From Chiloscyllium plagiosum (Eukaryota), in the NCBI RefSeq assembly GCF_004010195.1, contig NC_057720.1, positions 27,839,473 to 27,903,472 of the forward strand: a DNA stretch of 64,000 bases. The letters run 5' to 3'. Below the pieces are notes generated by a model, which was not told the origin of the DNA, made no database searches, and worked only from the letters and a program-made list of their open reading frames with translations. Both the position numbers and the translations under genes were made by a program. Shown piece after piece: positions 49,345 through 62,087 of the stretch; the first letter of the stretch is position 1; each line of letters starts with the position of its first letter.

Positions 49345-49680
49345 TTAGGATTGCCAACTGTAATTAAATCTATTCCTGGACAGTTTTCCCATGACTTGCC
49401 CCCATAGTCTAGCCAGTCATCAACCAACACATTAGTTTTTTCAACATCCTGCCTTCTGATATTAATTGGGAAAACAAAAACTCTTTACTCATTGGATGAT
49501 ACATGATTGTCCACTAAACAATCTTTTCTCCCTATTTTCAATGCTTTTATATTTGGTAAACAGAAATATTCAAAGAAACTGACAAAAATATAATACTTTT
49601 AATGTCCCTATGATTTTCCAGAGTCTCTCAAAGCAGTATTGTGGAAATTGATCTTCAAGTCCTGGAGAGTTGCCAACCCT
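49345..49680. mobile_element. Non-autonomous hAT-type DNA transposon (MITE)
   Basis: Imperfect TIRs taggattgccaact / agttgccaaccct. 8-bp duplication catggtca at 49337-49344 and 49681-49688. Confidence 0.65.
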
Positions 49681-49704
49681 CATGGTCAGCTCAAAGAAAT
49701 GGAA

Positions 49705-50305
49705 GAACTTTGAGTATAATAGTGGGGATGTCCTGTTGAGGTTGTACAGGATGTAGGTGATGCTGTTCTGAAATACTGTGTGCAGTTCTGGATGCCCGAT
49801 GATAGGAAGGATATTATTGAACTGTAGAAGGTTCAGAAAAGATTTACCAGGATATTGGCTGGAATGGAGATTTAAGTTATAAAAATAGACTGGAAAAGCT
49901 GGGATAGTTTTCCCAGAAGCATTGGAGGTTGAGGGGTAGCCTTATTGAGCCTTATAAAATCATAAAGGGCATAGATAAGGTTAATGACAAGGGTCTTTTC
50001 CTAGCATGGAGGAGTTCAAAACTAGGGGCATAGTTTTAAGGTGAGAGGAGAAAAATTTAAAAATGATATGAGGGGCAACATTTTTTTAAGAGTGGTTCAC
50101 ATATGGAATAAAGTGCCAAAGTAAGTCGTGGATGCAGGTACATTTACAACGTTAAAAGACTTTTGGATAAGTACATGAGTAGGAAAGGTTTGGAAGGATA
50201 TGGGCCAAGTGCAGGCAGGTGGGATTAGTTTGGTTTGGGAACATGGTTGGCATGGACTGATTGGGCCAAAGGGTCTTTTTCCATGCTGTATGACTATGAC
50301 TCTGT
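49705..50305 (+). mobile_element. CR1 3' fragment
   Basis: KYCVQFWMP..RKDIIEL.KVQKRFTRIL, with a (ctatga) tail. Confidence 0.85.
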
Positions 50306-51856
50306 AACTACTTCGAGCCAGCAAAGCTCAATCGCTAACAAGCAATTCAAACAAGGCAATTAATATCTAACATACATTCTGCATTGATGGCTGAGACCGG
50401 TCAAGCACATATGAGTGACCATTGGCAGCAATGACTCTGACGAAGGTACAATTCAGCTTGCAACAGTTAGACAAAATTCCTAGATGCCCCAATAAGATGC
50501 ACTGTCTTATCAGTGTCTTACCAGACTTTAGTGAAACAGTAAGATTGAAAGGTTCTGTAGAGTGGCTGTGGATTTTGGTTAATTGAATGTATACACAAAG
50601 TGCATTTACTTGTATTATGTGTTGTCGTCCTATCATGGATCATCTTATTTATGTTATGATCCCAGACAATCAACAAATTTATATTGGGTTCAGGTTAGGG
50701 ACGAGTAACTTTTTTTTATATAGTGGATAGTGTTTGGAAATTCAGCAATGTGCTAAAAGAATAAAGTGAGAATTGATAAAATCTTTGTTTTACTTTTCAA
50801 GCCTTGCATAATAATGCACGTTATAGATGCAACTTATTCTTTAAAGTACAGAATTAATGGGAGATTCACAAGCAAATAAAAATAGAACACCAGTAAATAT
50901 AAATGCAGAAAAATGGTTTATTTTTATTTTTATGCTCTTTAGAACTGTGGATTGAAATGGGAATGAACTATTTTGTAAACCAGGAACTTCAATGTGAAAA
51001 AAACTGATACCCTGTTTGTTTTGCTGTGATTGCAGCAATATGTATTAATTGCATCTGGGGATTGTTTAGATGTAAAACTGATTTGTTTGTGACCGAGAGA
51101 CCAGTTATCAATGACAAAAGGTTCAAACAACAAAGTGGTTGTCAGGGAGTTGAACAGCTTGGGTTGTGAATAAGGCAGAGAAATGCTAGCCAGACCAGAA
51201 GAGAGACTAGCAGGTCGATAGGAGACAAACACGCTCTGTTGTTTGCAGTAAGGTACTTTTAAACTTGAATTAAAGCAGCTTCTCTTTCTTTCAGCTAATG
51301 TTGTGATGTGGTGAATTTGATAATTCAGAGATCTTTCACATGTGAACTAGCCATCCTGTACCTTTTGCAAACTGTGGAAGCATTTGGAAAAAGATTGGTT
51401 GAGAAGAAACCTTTGGATCAACACGAACCAACCCAACTGATCTTCTTGCGAACAAAGATTTTGAAAATGTTTTTCCAGTTCTCGCCACTTGTTTTTTTTG
51501 TCTCCACTTGTTTATGTCTATATCGGTATGTGTATAAAGGGGTGTTTATATGTAGTTTAGAGTTGTAATTTGTAGAGTTCATTTAGTTTAATTGTTTAAT
51601 GCAGCTAGAACCTAATTGTTTGGATTAAATAGTGATTCGTATTAAGTATTAAAAAATCTGGTCTGTGTTTTCCACCAAATGGTTGTGAACTGGTACTGCA
51701 AATCAGGTAGTTTTGGGGATTCTGCATATTCCTTTAAGTCTTTTTACCTTTTGTGATAACTCCAGGAATAGCAGAGCTTGATTTCCAACATGCTATCCCA
51801 GTGAATTATGACAAAGTTTAGAGGCTCTTGGTCAGATTAAATCTAGTGTGTTTAAG

Positions 51857-52345
51857 ATACACACTTAATGGTAAGGTCCTCAGTGTTGCTGAACAAAGAG
51901 ACCTTGGAATGCAAGTTCATAGCTCCTTGAAAGTGGAGTTGCAGATAGATAGGATAGTGAAGAAGGCATTTGGTATGCTTTCCTTTATTGGTCAGAGTAT
52001 TGAGTACAGGAGTTGGGAGGTCATGTTGCGGCTGTACAGGACATTGGTTAGGCCACTGTTGGAATATTGCATGCAATTCTGGTCTCCTTCCTATCAGAAA
52101 TATGTTGTGAAACTTGAAAGGGTTCAGAAAAGACGTGTATGGAATGAGCTGCCAGAGGAAGTGGTGGAGGCTGGTACAACTGCAACATTTAAAAGTCATT
52201 TGGATGTGTATATGAATAGGAAGGGTTTGGAGAGATGTGGGCCAGGTGCTGGCAGGTGGGACTAGATTGGGTTGGGATATCTGGTTGGCATGGACGGGTT
52301 GGACCGAAGGGTCTGTTTCCATGCTGTATATCTCTGACTCTATGA
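51857..52345 (+). mobile_element. CR1 3' fragment with an internal deletion
   Basis: EQRDLGMQVHSSLKV...LERVQKR joined directly to RVWNELPEEVV. CR1 tail. Confidence 0.88.
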
Positions 52346-54455
52346 CATAGTACTGGAAATGGCAAAGGATTTCCTGCAGGTGGCAGAATTGTTTCTGGTA
52401 GCCTTCAGAGAGAACTATCAAAACTGAGGATGATTAACTTGGTGGGTAAATTTGAGGTGGTATTATGAGTGCTAAAAAGACAAAACTATTTGAGGTATTA
52501 GCACAATATTTGGGTTTAGAGGAAATACACAGGAGACAGAGTACTTTGGATAGTGAAACATAGGAATCAAGTGTGTAATGGACCAGACTCAACCTCCTTC
52601 AAAATATATTAGTGAGATAGCCTAGATCCGACCTTTATTTTAAATGTAAGTGCAAGGTTGTGTGTTCTGGATGCAATTTGATTGGTCAAACCATCAATTG
52701 GTCTTGAAGCAAAATGTACACTCATTAAAATGCAATAAAAATAGTATGACTAAAGAAGAAATTGGAATAACTTACTCAGCAGAATAATAGGTCATTTAAT
52801 AACTAAATAGTAACTATCCTAATATAGTAAGTAACATTTCATAAATACATCCTTGGCAAAGGCAAATTCAGTAAAATAGATTGTCTCACATGCAATTTTC
52901 CAGGCTAGGAGGAAAAACATCAAGTGAAAACAGAGAGTAGCAGGGAGAGATGTATTGCAGGTTGCAAACCAATTTCAATACCCCAGCATCTGCTACTGAA
53001 AAACTAAAGCTAAAAATCCCGGTTCTGTAGTAGCTTAATCCCACCATTTAGGCTACTTCTATTGTTCCAACTTTATGGAACAAAGAGCAGAGAATGACTA
53101 GGATAGAGCAGAAAAAGGCAATGAACAAATAATGAAAACGAAAAAGCAGGAAATAGGAACCAAAAAAAAAATAGAAGTGACAAAATTAAAACTAGAAGTG
53201 CCAGAGTGAGGTAAATGAGGAAACTGGAATATAACAAAACCATTGAGGCAGAAGATGTTAGATATTGATGCAAGCCCAAGTGGGGAGATTCTGAATCACA
53301 ATTTGTGGTCCAGTTGGACAAATGTTTAAGTTTGCACAGGCAGTACCGATATTTGAGAAAAAGAATGTAGAGGTATTCCTTATCTCATGAGAAAATGGCT
53401 TGGCAAATGAATTGGGCCATAAAAGTGTAAACATTACTCAGTGTAAATTGACAGGTAAAACATAGGAAATTTATACTTGAAGTTTCTTGACATTATGATG
53501 CTGTAAAGGTGACTATATTGACTGTTTGAATTAGTCCCTGGGGCACAAGTACTGGACAAGCCTATATTGAATTCAGAAGATGAAATAAGTTGATTTTGAC
53601 TGGTGGTTATGAACACTAGTGTGAAACCATGGATGAAACTCGGTTGTTCAGGGGAAGTTAAAAATTCAATCCTCCATAATAATTACTCCGATAATGACCA
53701 AAATATTCCAACTGCTAGACAGGCAGCAATAATGGCTGATGATTATGACTTAATGATGGAAAAATGATTTTAGTTTTACGGTTTGTCATAAATTTGAAAA
53801 GGATAGGAAATGGGAAAGTGAAAGGAAGGTATAAGTAGCCAAGGTAAGGAATGGGTAGCTGTGAATGCCTCAAAGTCTCCTCAGATCAGAAAGTGAAGTA
53901 TTGGAGATGAAGGGGATATTTAGAAGCCAAGGTATTTCCAACGTATTAAGCAGGGCCATGTTCATTCGTAATGTTGGAAATTGAAAGAGAAACCCATGGG
54001 ACTTATTGGAGTTCATAAGAATGAGTTTGAAAAAGAAACTTTGAAAGGAAAGATCACATTGTGGTGTTAACTACAATTAAGAGACTGGAGGTGGACACTA
54101 TTGTGAATATAGAAGAAATACATAGGGTAATTGGGAAATATAGAGGGTTTTTATTTAAGGGCAAAATAACCCTTTTTTCTTCAAAGAATGTGTCCAAACC
54201 CAAAACTATTCTAAGGTATACATGGGGCTCCTCAAATTCTCTTGTTGGAGAAAGATGTAATTTTCCCTATAAAAAGTTCAATGAGTTCAAATGGGAAAGG
54301 TAGAGAATGTATCCCAGTTCCATTGTACAAAATCCAATTGGATCTTGTTGTCTGGACCTGTCGAAGTTGGGTCAGTTAAGAAATTAACTGTGGATGGAGT
54401 GGCTTTATTCAGAGGAAATGTTTTGGCATGAGTGAAAGACAAAGCTTTGCCTATA

Positions 54456-56549
54456 CAGTAGCACCTCGACTTACAAACTTAATCCATTTCGGGACCCAGT
54501 TCGCGAACCGAAAAGTTCGCGAACTGAATCAATTTTCCCATTGTTCGGATATTTCTGGAGTCTTTTCTTTTTTTGTCTCTTGGAGGTTGGTGATGCCACA
54601 AGAAAACGATCCAAAGAAACTTGTTTTTTTTCTTTGTTGCAGAATTTTCCGAAAATGAGACATCACATTGTTATTTAAAATGTTCACTGCTCTGTTGGTC
54701 GCAGTTTTGTTAGGATGACGCCTCTCAACAAAAGCCTGCTACAAATGTCTTTGATTTGAACACTTGATACATCTTCCCTCTCTTCTTCCTCCTCTCTAGA
54801 ATGCTCCTGCTGCATAACCTTCACCTGCTCCTGTTGCAATCAACAAGATCTTCTGTGCTGAGTTCTTGTCTGTGGTCCTCCACCAACTCCGCCACATCAT
54901 CCTCATTGACCTCCAAGCCCATATTTTGGCCCAGGGTCACAATCTCGTTCACTACATTTACTGATGTCTCCTCCTCAAAACCCTCAAGTCTCTCTCAGGT
55001 ACACAATCTGGCCAAAGTTTCCTCCAGGCCGACTGCAACGTACAGAAAGAGACCTTGTTCCATCCTTATCAATAAAATAAGGCTTATGCAGTGGAGGATA
55101 TTGAAGTGGTCCTTCCAGTACTGACCAAGGGTCAAATCTGTGTCGCTGGTGACCTGGAAACATCTGGCGAACAGAGCCTTCGTATATAATTTTTTTGAAA
55201 TTTGTAATGACATTCTGGTCCATGGGTTGGATGAGGGGAGTGGTGTTGGGAGGAAGGATCTTTACTTTTATGAAGTCGTATTCAATGTCCAAGTCTTCTT
55301 CCAAATTTGGAGGATGGGCAGGAACATTGTCCATTACTATAAGACACTTAAGTAGCAAATTATTTGTTTCAAGATATTTCTTGACAGCTGGTGCAAAAAC
55401 TTCCGTCAACCATTCCATTAAAATATTTCGATGACCCAAGCCTTGCTATTCGCCCTTCACATTACCGGGAGTTTAGCCTTCAACACGTTATTGCGTTTAA
55501 AAACGCGAGGATTTTCAGAGTGGTAGACTAATAGAGGCTTAATCTTGCAATCCCCACTTGCATTCGCGCACAATAAAAGCGTTAACCTGTCCTTCATTGG
55601 TTTGTGGCCCTTTAGTGCCTTCTCCTCTTGGGTTATGTAGGTCCTTTTGGGCTTTTTTTCAGAAAAGTCCAGTTTCATCACAGTTTAAAAACTTGATCTG
55701 AGACATAACCTTCATCTTCGACAAACTTATTGAATTCCTTCACAAAGTCCTCCGCTGCCTTTTTGTCCGAACTAACCGCTTCTCCATACCTTATTAAATT
55801 ATGGATTCCAGTTCGTCGACGAAATTTATCAAACCAGCCTCTGCTGGCTTTAAATTCTTCAACACTAGCAGTACTTGTACTCGGTGGTGTACTCGGTGGT
55901 GTCGCCAACAAATCACGGTGCATGCGTAGAGCCTTCTCGCAGATTATAGTCTCGTTAACACTATCCCCAGCAAGCTCTTTTTGATTTATCCAAACTAATA
56001 ATAATTTTTCTAACAATTTAGGCCTTTGCTTCGTTAAAATAGTCACTCCTTTAGCCACGTCAGCTGCCTTTAGTGCCTCTTTGTTCTTTAGGATAATACA
56101 CATAGTTGATTTCGCCATGTCGTATTTCATAGCGAGATCAGATACGCAAGCACCATTCTCGTGTTTAGCTATTATTTCCTTCTTCGTTTCTACAGTAGTA
56201 CATTTAGGCTTCTTAACACTACTAACACTACCACTTTTCACTTTCTTGGGAGCCATAATGAGGGCTAATTTAATGCAAAAAACAAAAACAAGCCTAAGAA
56301 TGCTTGGACGTTGGATGTTCACACGCGCACGCACGCGCGCCAAAGACTAACCAAATGAGATCACGTGGGGCCCGAGAGCGTTTGCGTTCAAAGCACGCGT
56401 AGAAAAGCAGAACAATGACAATGAAACCACGGGCTTTTTGCGTTTGTACCTTGAATTTCGTACGTACTTTGAAGCAAAATTTTATTTACAATATTGTTTG
56501 TAAACCGATTTTGTTCGTGAATGGGGTCGTTCGTATGTCGGTGCTACTG
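54456..56549 (-). mobile_element. Full-length Tigger/pogo DNA transposon; transposase (ATG at 56256) with frameshifts
   Basis: TIRs cagtagcacc(tc)gac.tac.aac. TA duplication at 54454-54455 and 56550-56551. CENP-B-type HTH (KKEIIAKHENG, LLLVWIN, FKASRGWFDKFRRR). DDE region (KDRLTLLLCANASGD, MDNVPAHP, LPPNTTPLIQPMDQ). Confidence 0.95.
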
Positions 56550-56923
56550 TAATTATAAAGTTTCATTGAAGCTGATGAGTTGAACAGTTGCAGGATCAAG
56601 TTTTGAGTGTTCTTCCATCATGTGTAGTAATCAGACTGATGGTGAAATAATTTTCATCACCAAAGGTCACAGTAATACAACAAGGTATTTAAATAGCTGA
56701 AATACTATTTATGAAGGAAGTGGATAATTCAAAGGAAGCGTTTGGCATGTCTTCTTTAATTGAGGCTCGGAGAGCAAATCTACGGTTAAGTAAGTTGGCA
56801 CAGACACCTCATGCTGAGGCTGAGGGAGTTCCAAAGTATTAAAAGCAGTGTTCTAATGAGAAAGTGGAGACATCCTCGTAGACTTGTGGATCAAGAGTAC
56901 AAAGTTGATCAAATATTCGTACA

Positions 56924-57129
56924 CACTGAAAATGTGTTGCTGGAAAAGCGCAGCAGGTCAGGCAGCATCCAGGGAACAGGAGAATCGACGTTTTGGGCAT
57001 AAGCCCTTCTTCAGGCTTATGCCCGAAACGTCGATTCTCCTGTTCCCTGTATGCTGCCTGACCTGCTGCGCTTTTCCAGCAACACATTTTCAGCTCTGAT
57101 CTCTAGCATCTGCAGACCTCACTTTCTCC
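56924..57129. mobile_element. PLE-derived hairpin element, copy 5
   Basis: Inverted arms. TSD tcaaatatt(c/t)gtaca at 56909-56923 and 57130-57144. Confidence 0.86.
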
Positions 57130-59559
57130 TCAAATATTTGTACAGCCCAGATATGATAGGGTAGCACAGAAGTCCCTATAGCAGGGCAGAAAGGAATACA
57201 AAAAGCTTGGCATTAGTAAACTAATATTTTATATGGCCAAGATTTCAAAGACACAGTGCAGTTTTGTAGAACAGGTCATACATGATAGATGATAGGAAAA
57301 CTTCAGTATGTAGTCAGACCAGCAACAGTTTTTGAAGAACCATTCATTTGAATGTGTTGTGGAAATTAAATCAACTCTACTCAAATGCTAGCAAGAGCAA
57401 AGAAAAAGCTTTTTTTTCACCTCTGCATGCAGGGGGCCAATACACTTGCAAAGGTGCCTTTTGTAAGGGCGCTGAAAAAAATTCTCATTCCTTTGTACTA
57501 CTTTATACTATTCTTCTCACACGGTCAAGGACAATGGCGGGGAAACATTCGAGCTCTTATTTTCTCATTCCCTTGCTGTGGAGATAACTGTCTTTATGTT
57601 TTCCTTAGCTTTTGCTGAATTCGACCTGCAAGGTCAAGTTGAATGTTTGCAAAGTTCAGCAAAGTATTATATTTAGCAAATATTCTCTTTCAGATTTCAC
57701 AGTAAATGTTAACTTTGTTGATTTTCCATTACAGAGTGTTAATGGATTGTGTAGAACCATTATTAAAAACAAAAACAAGATATTGGCATACGCTTACAAT
57801 CTGATTTGCAGAAGCTAAGGAAGTAGTAGAGAAGTTCATGTAGTTCTTTACTCATTATAGAGTACCAATTGAAATACAAAAGGAGACTTCAAGTTTCCTC
57901 ACAAAAGAAATAAACAGAAGGCCTCCTCAGTCTAGGGACTAGATCAGGATTCTAACTTCATGCCTAAAGTTTTCCAGGAAATCATGAGCAGTTTGGGGAA
58001 AAAAACCAATTGAATTCAATTGTCATCCACAAACACCGGGAACTTTGGAGAATTATCATCAGACTAAAACCATGATTAATGCATACTATCATGATTACCC
58101 ACAGGGTCAGGACAAAAAGGTTAGATTTCTTACGACTTGCTACCAGAGATTTCCCCCAAATGAATCTACTGGATTTAGCCCATTTGAGTTGGAGAAGTTC
58201 TTGAATTGGAAGATAGCTGCTGTCCTTACCTGGTCTGGTCTACATGTTACTCCCAGACTCAGCAATGCAGTTAACTCTTGACTGTTCTCTGGGTACTAGG
58301 TCAATATTTATCACCATCCCTATCTAGCAATGCCAACATCCTGTGAAGAAATTAAAAAAATCAGATTGGTGATTATTTTTCAAGTGCAGCTAATGAGCTC
58401 TCTTGCAAATGTTTACTATTTTGACAAAATGATCCTTCATAGTTAGAAGGCATTGCATGCATGTAAATTGACATATGTAAACTCCATACAGAGAAGACAT
58501 TAATTTAGCAGTGTTTCCAGAAAAACACAGAAAACTGACTCTTTTGGTGAACGGCTGGTTTTTTTCTTTTGGGAAGAGATGTTTGTAATGTTTTTCAGAA
58601 CTCTGTTCTGCTGTTTTTGATTTAAATCAATGTTTAAACTTGTGGGTACACAACACAATTTTTGTAATTTTAAGATGACATGAAACTTGGAAATATCATA
58701 TACTGTGAGGATTATAGTGACAGACATCAAGAGGACAAAAAGCTAATAGACTGGGTGGATGTAATGGTAGGTGAAGTTCAATTCAAGACAATGAGATGAT
58801 TTTTGATGGAAAAATCAGAAGAAATGAGAAAAGCCAAATGCTACTTTAAAGCAAGTGCAAGGAGAATGCGAGCAAAGGCTGCCATTGCACTGATCAAGCT
58901 TAATAAGCAGATAGGGTCCTAGACTTCATAAATAGAATACAAAAGCCAGCATGATGTGATGTCTCTAGCGTGTGGGTGACTTCTGCATGCTCCTTCACTT
59001 CTTCTTGTTTTGAGCTGATACACTTAGCTGCAGCAATGCGAAACGAGCTAAATGTGTAAGTGTCTCCCTGTCAGTTCACAGCTTCTCCATCAGCAAGTCC
59101 TTAGCACATCCTCATGATGAGGCACACTCTTGGGTCATTCATTCTATAGTGACTACTTCCATTAAACAAGAGTTAGCCTGTAGGAAAACAGTTCCACTGT
59201 GTGCAGATTACAATGTATACATAAGCCAGAAGCTCTGCTCCCAATCCTTTATACTCCAAGACAAGAAATAATTTTAGAAGAAACTGGGGATTTACAGCAT
59301 ATTATAATATTTTGGACTTGTGGCATGTTGGAAGGAGTGATATAAAGAAGGGGAAAGGTCCTTCCTCCATTGGCCCTGCCAACACCTCCCCTCCATCACC
59401 TTTGTCAGATGGGCCTCTGTGATACATTGCCAATAGCTACTACCAGAACCTCGTTATGCTGACAGGAACTGCTGGCTCTCATAAGGTGCAATTTTCTTGC
59501 CTGGTTCCTCGATTCTGCTGCTGCCTTTGGCAATCTAAATCTCTCACAGACACCCACAT

Positions 59560-60460
59560 CCCCCGCCCCCCACCCCAGACAAACACACCTACAGACACCC
59601 ACACTCCCACACTCACATGCATCCTCTCAGACTTAGACCACTTTTTTTCTCTCACTCTCTCTCAAACCCCCACCCCAGACACATATATATAGATGTTTGT
59701 GGGGTGAATTTATACTTGCACAGTTACATTGTATTTTGCTCAAAAACTACATGAATCCATGTAAGACTCTGTTAGATTAGATTCCCTACAGTGTGGAAAC
59801 AGGCCCTTCGGCCCAACAAGTCCACACCGACCCTCCGAAGAGCAATCCATTCTCCTACATTCACCCCTGACTAATGCACCTAACACTATGGGCAATTTAG
59901 CATGGCCAATTCACCTGACCTGCACATCTTTGGATTGTGGGAGGAAACCAGAGCACCTGGAAGAAACCCGCGCAGACACTGGGAGAACGTGAAAACTCCA
60001 CACAGACAGTTGCCTGAGGGTGGAATTGAACCGGGTCTCTGGCGCTGTGAGGCAGCAATGCTAATGACTGAGCCACTTTGCTGCCCCTCACCTTTTTAGA
60101 TTAGAATTAGTCTAAACATTATGGCACAGACAGGGAAAACAGGGGCTAACACCTTCAACACCTCAACCTTTTATCTGTGCTGACACCAATTGTTACAGTT
60201 AGTCTGAGAATGTAACTTCTTTTTAAAAAGAATTTTGTGACTTACATATGAAAGAAGTGAAACTATCATGCTCATTCTAACAGATGAGAGACTTAACAAA
60301 CAATCCAGATATTTTTCAATGTATAATTTCAGTTACTGAACTTTTGCTATAAATTCTGTCTTACAATTGTGCACTCCACAACCACCTGATGGAGTGGTGC
60401 TCTGAAAGGTAGTGCTTCTAAATAAACCTGTTGGACTATAACCTGGTGTTGTGTGATTTG
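59560..60460 (+). mobile_element. 3' region of a different PLE family with a degenerate hammerhead-like motif at 60383-60414; HE1 inserted
   Basis: CA/CT-rich tract, then cac-ctgat-ggagt-ggt-gctct-gaaa-ggta-gtg (CAC/GTG stem I), followed by aaataaacctgttggactataacctggtgttgtg. Confidence 0.55.
59773..60086 (-). mobile_element. HE1 V-SINE
   Basis: Reverse-complement head, V-domain and aatctaatct tail. Confidence 0.9.
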
Positions 60461-61360
60461 TAACATTGGCAATCTAATGTAGGACCCTCCCAAAAGATAG
60501 TGCTTCGGAGCTCTTGTGTATCTCTGTCCAGCAAATGGGTGCTTCATCACCATTGTGGGCATGCCCATACCAAATCAACTGTAGAGGTTTAAGAAGGTAG
60601 CTCGCCATCACCTTTGCAACGGCAACTAGATTAAGCAATAAATGGTGGTACAGCCATTGATGCCCACATCCTAAATTAACATTTATTAAAAATTGTTCAA
60701 AAGTTATTGTTAACTACCCATTAGTCTCTTCATAACTGAAAGCTTTTGACATTTTTTCTCCGTTGCAATAGTTTGCTTTCCCACCTACTTGCTGTAAAAG
60801 TGTTCACAGAAATGTTTGACCTTTGTTTTAATATTCACTTAATCAGAATCCTATTTTTTGGTTTAACATTGTTAACCACTTAAAGCTTTCTGTACCATAT
60901 CTTCTGCTTTCAGACTGCCAAATTATGCTAATATCTGGTTAAGGACCAATATTCTTTTATCTTAAAAGTATACAAGGTGAGATTTAGGGACTTTATATAC
61001 TCTTATTAAGTACAAGATTCTACTGTTTTAAACAAATAATAAACTTTACCATACAAGTTAGAATAGTCTTACACAATCTATAACACACATGCAATTTATA
61101 CTCCCCTGAACTCTGAATACTATATTCTCATACTTATTCACAGGGACAAATCGATCTTTTCATCAGCAACCGTTTTCACCAAACTAGATTTTTTTGTGTC
61201 GTCTTTGTGCTCTCCTCTTTCTCAGTTACACCTTGCAAATAATCTTTACTGGCCATTCTCTGCTCTACTCTCCTGATGGTGGTACCTAACTGCATGTGAG
61301 TCATTACAACTTCCAAGACTGTTTCCTAACCCCTGACTGCAACACCTAGTTGCCTAACAT

Positions 61361-61697
61361 CATAGAATCCCTACAGTGTGGAAACAGGCCATTTGGCCCA
61401 ACAAGTCCACACCAACTCTCCAAAGAGTATCGTACCCAGACCTGTTTCCCTACTTTATTACTCTACGTTTCCCACTGACTAATGCACCTAACTGACACAT
61501 CCCTGAATATTATGGGCAATTTAGCATGGCCAATTCACTTAACCTGCACATCTTCTTCAGATTGTGGGAGGAAACCTATGCAGATACAGGGAGAATGTGC
61601 AAACTCCACACGGACACGCTTGCCTGAGGCTGGAATCAAACCTGGGTCCCTGGTGCTGTGAGGCGACAGTGCTAACCACTGAGCCACCATGCTGCCC
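61361..61697 (-). mobile_element. HE1-type V-SINE
   Basis: Reverse-complement head gggcagcatggtggctcagtggttagca, V-domain and tail. Confidence 0.88.
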
Positions 61698-61894
61698 TAG
61701 TATCTCTTGTAACTTGGCCTGAGTTCTAACAGCACAGGGATGTTCAATTGCTCTTGGGATCTAAATCACTGTGCCCTACACAGAACCTGTGTAGTTCAGT
61801 TGTTTTCCCTTGCAATACAGCTAAAAATCAGCATTTCTAACATGGAGTCTACTGTTTCTCGAAACTTTCTGATCTTCAGTCCCTGTCTGTCATA

Positions 61895-62087
61895 GGAGAA
61901 AGTGAAGGCTGCAGATGCTGGAGATCAGAGCTGAAAATGTGTTGCTGGAAAAGCGCAGCAGGTCAGGCAGCATCCAAGGAACCGGAGAATTGACGTTCCT
62001 GAAGAAGGGCTTATGCCTGAAACGTCGATTCCCCTGTTCCTTGGATGCTGCCTGACCTGCTGCACTTTTCCAGCAACACATTTTCAC
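61895..62087. mobile_element. PLE-derived hairpin element, copy 6
   Basis: Inverted arms. Exact 14-bp TSD ccctgtctgtcata at 61881-61894 and 62088-62101. Confidence 0.86.

Larger units (their letters stand above)
50654..58200 (+). mobile_element. Decayed Gmr1-like Gypsy element: 5' LTR (~50654-51813), gag, protease, then integrase; heavily nested
   Basis: LTR tgttatga...attatgaca, then a degenerate tRNA-Pro-like PBS. gag remnant PTARQAAIMADDYDLM (~53710). Protease-like R(D)TG..(S)LL and VDGV..GN.LA (54215-54430). VLMRKWR (56850). Zn-binding H..H..FYWP..C..C (57160-57285). Integrase core FEEPF / RVLMDCV.PL, DQ(G)SNFM, HPQT.GTLE.YHQT, PNESTGFSPFEL. Confidence 0.78.
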
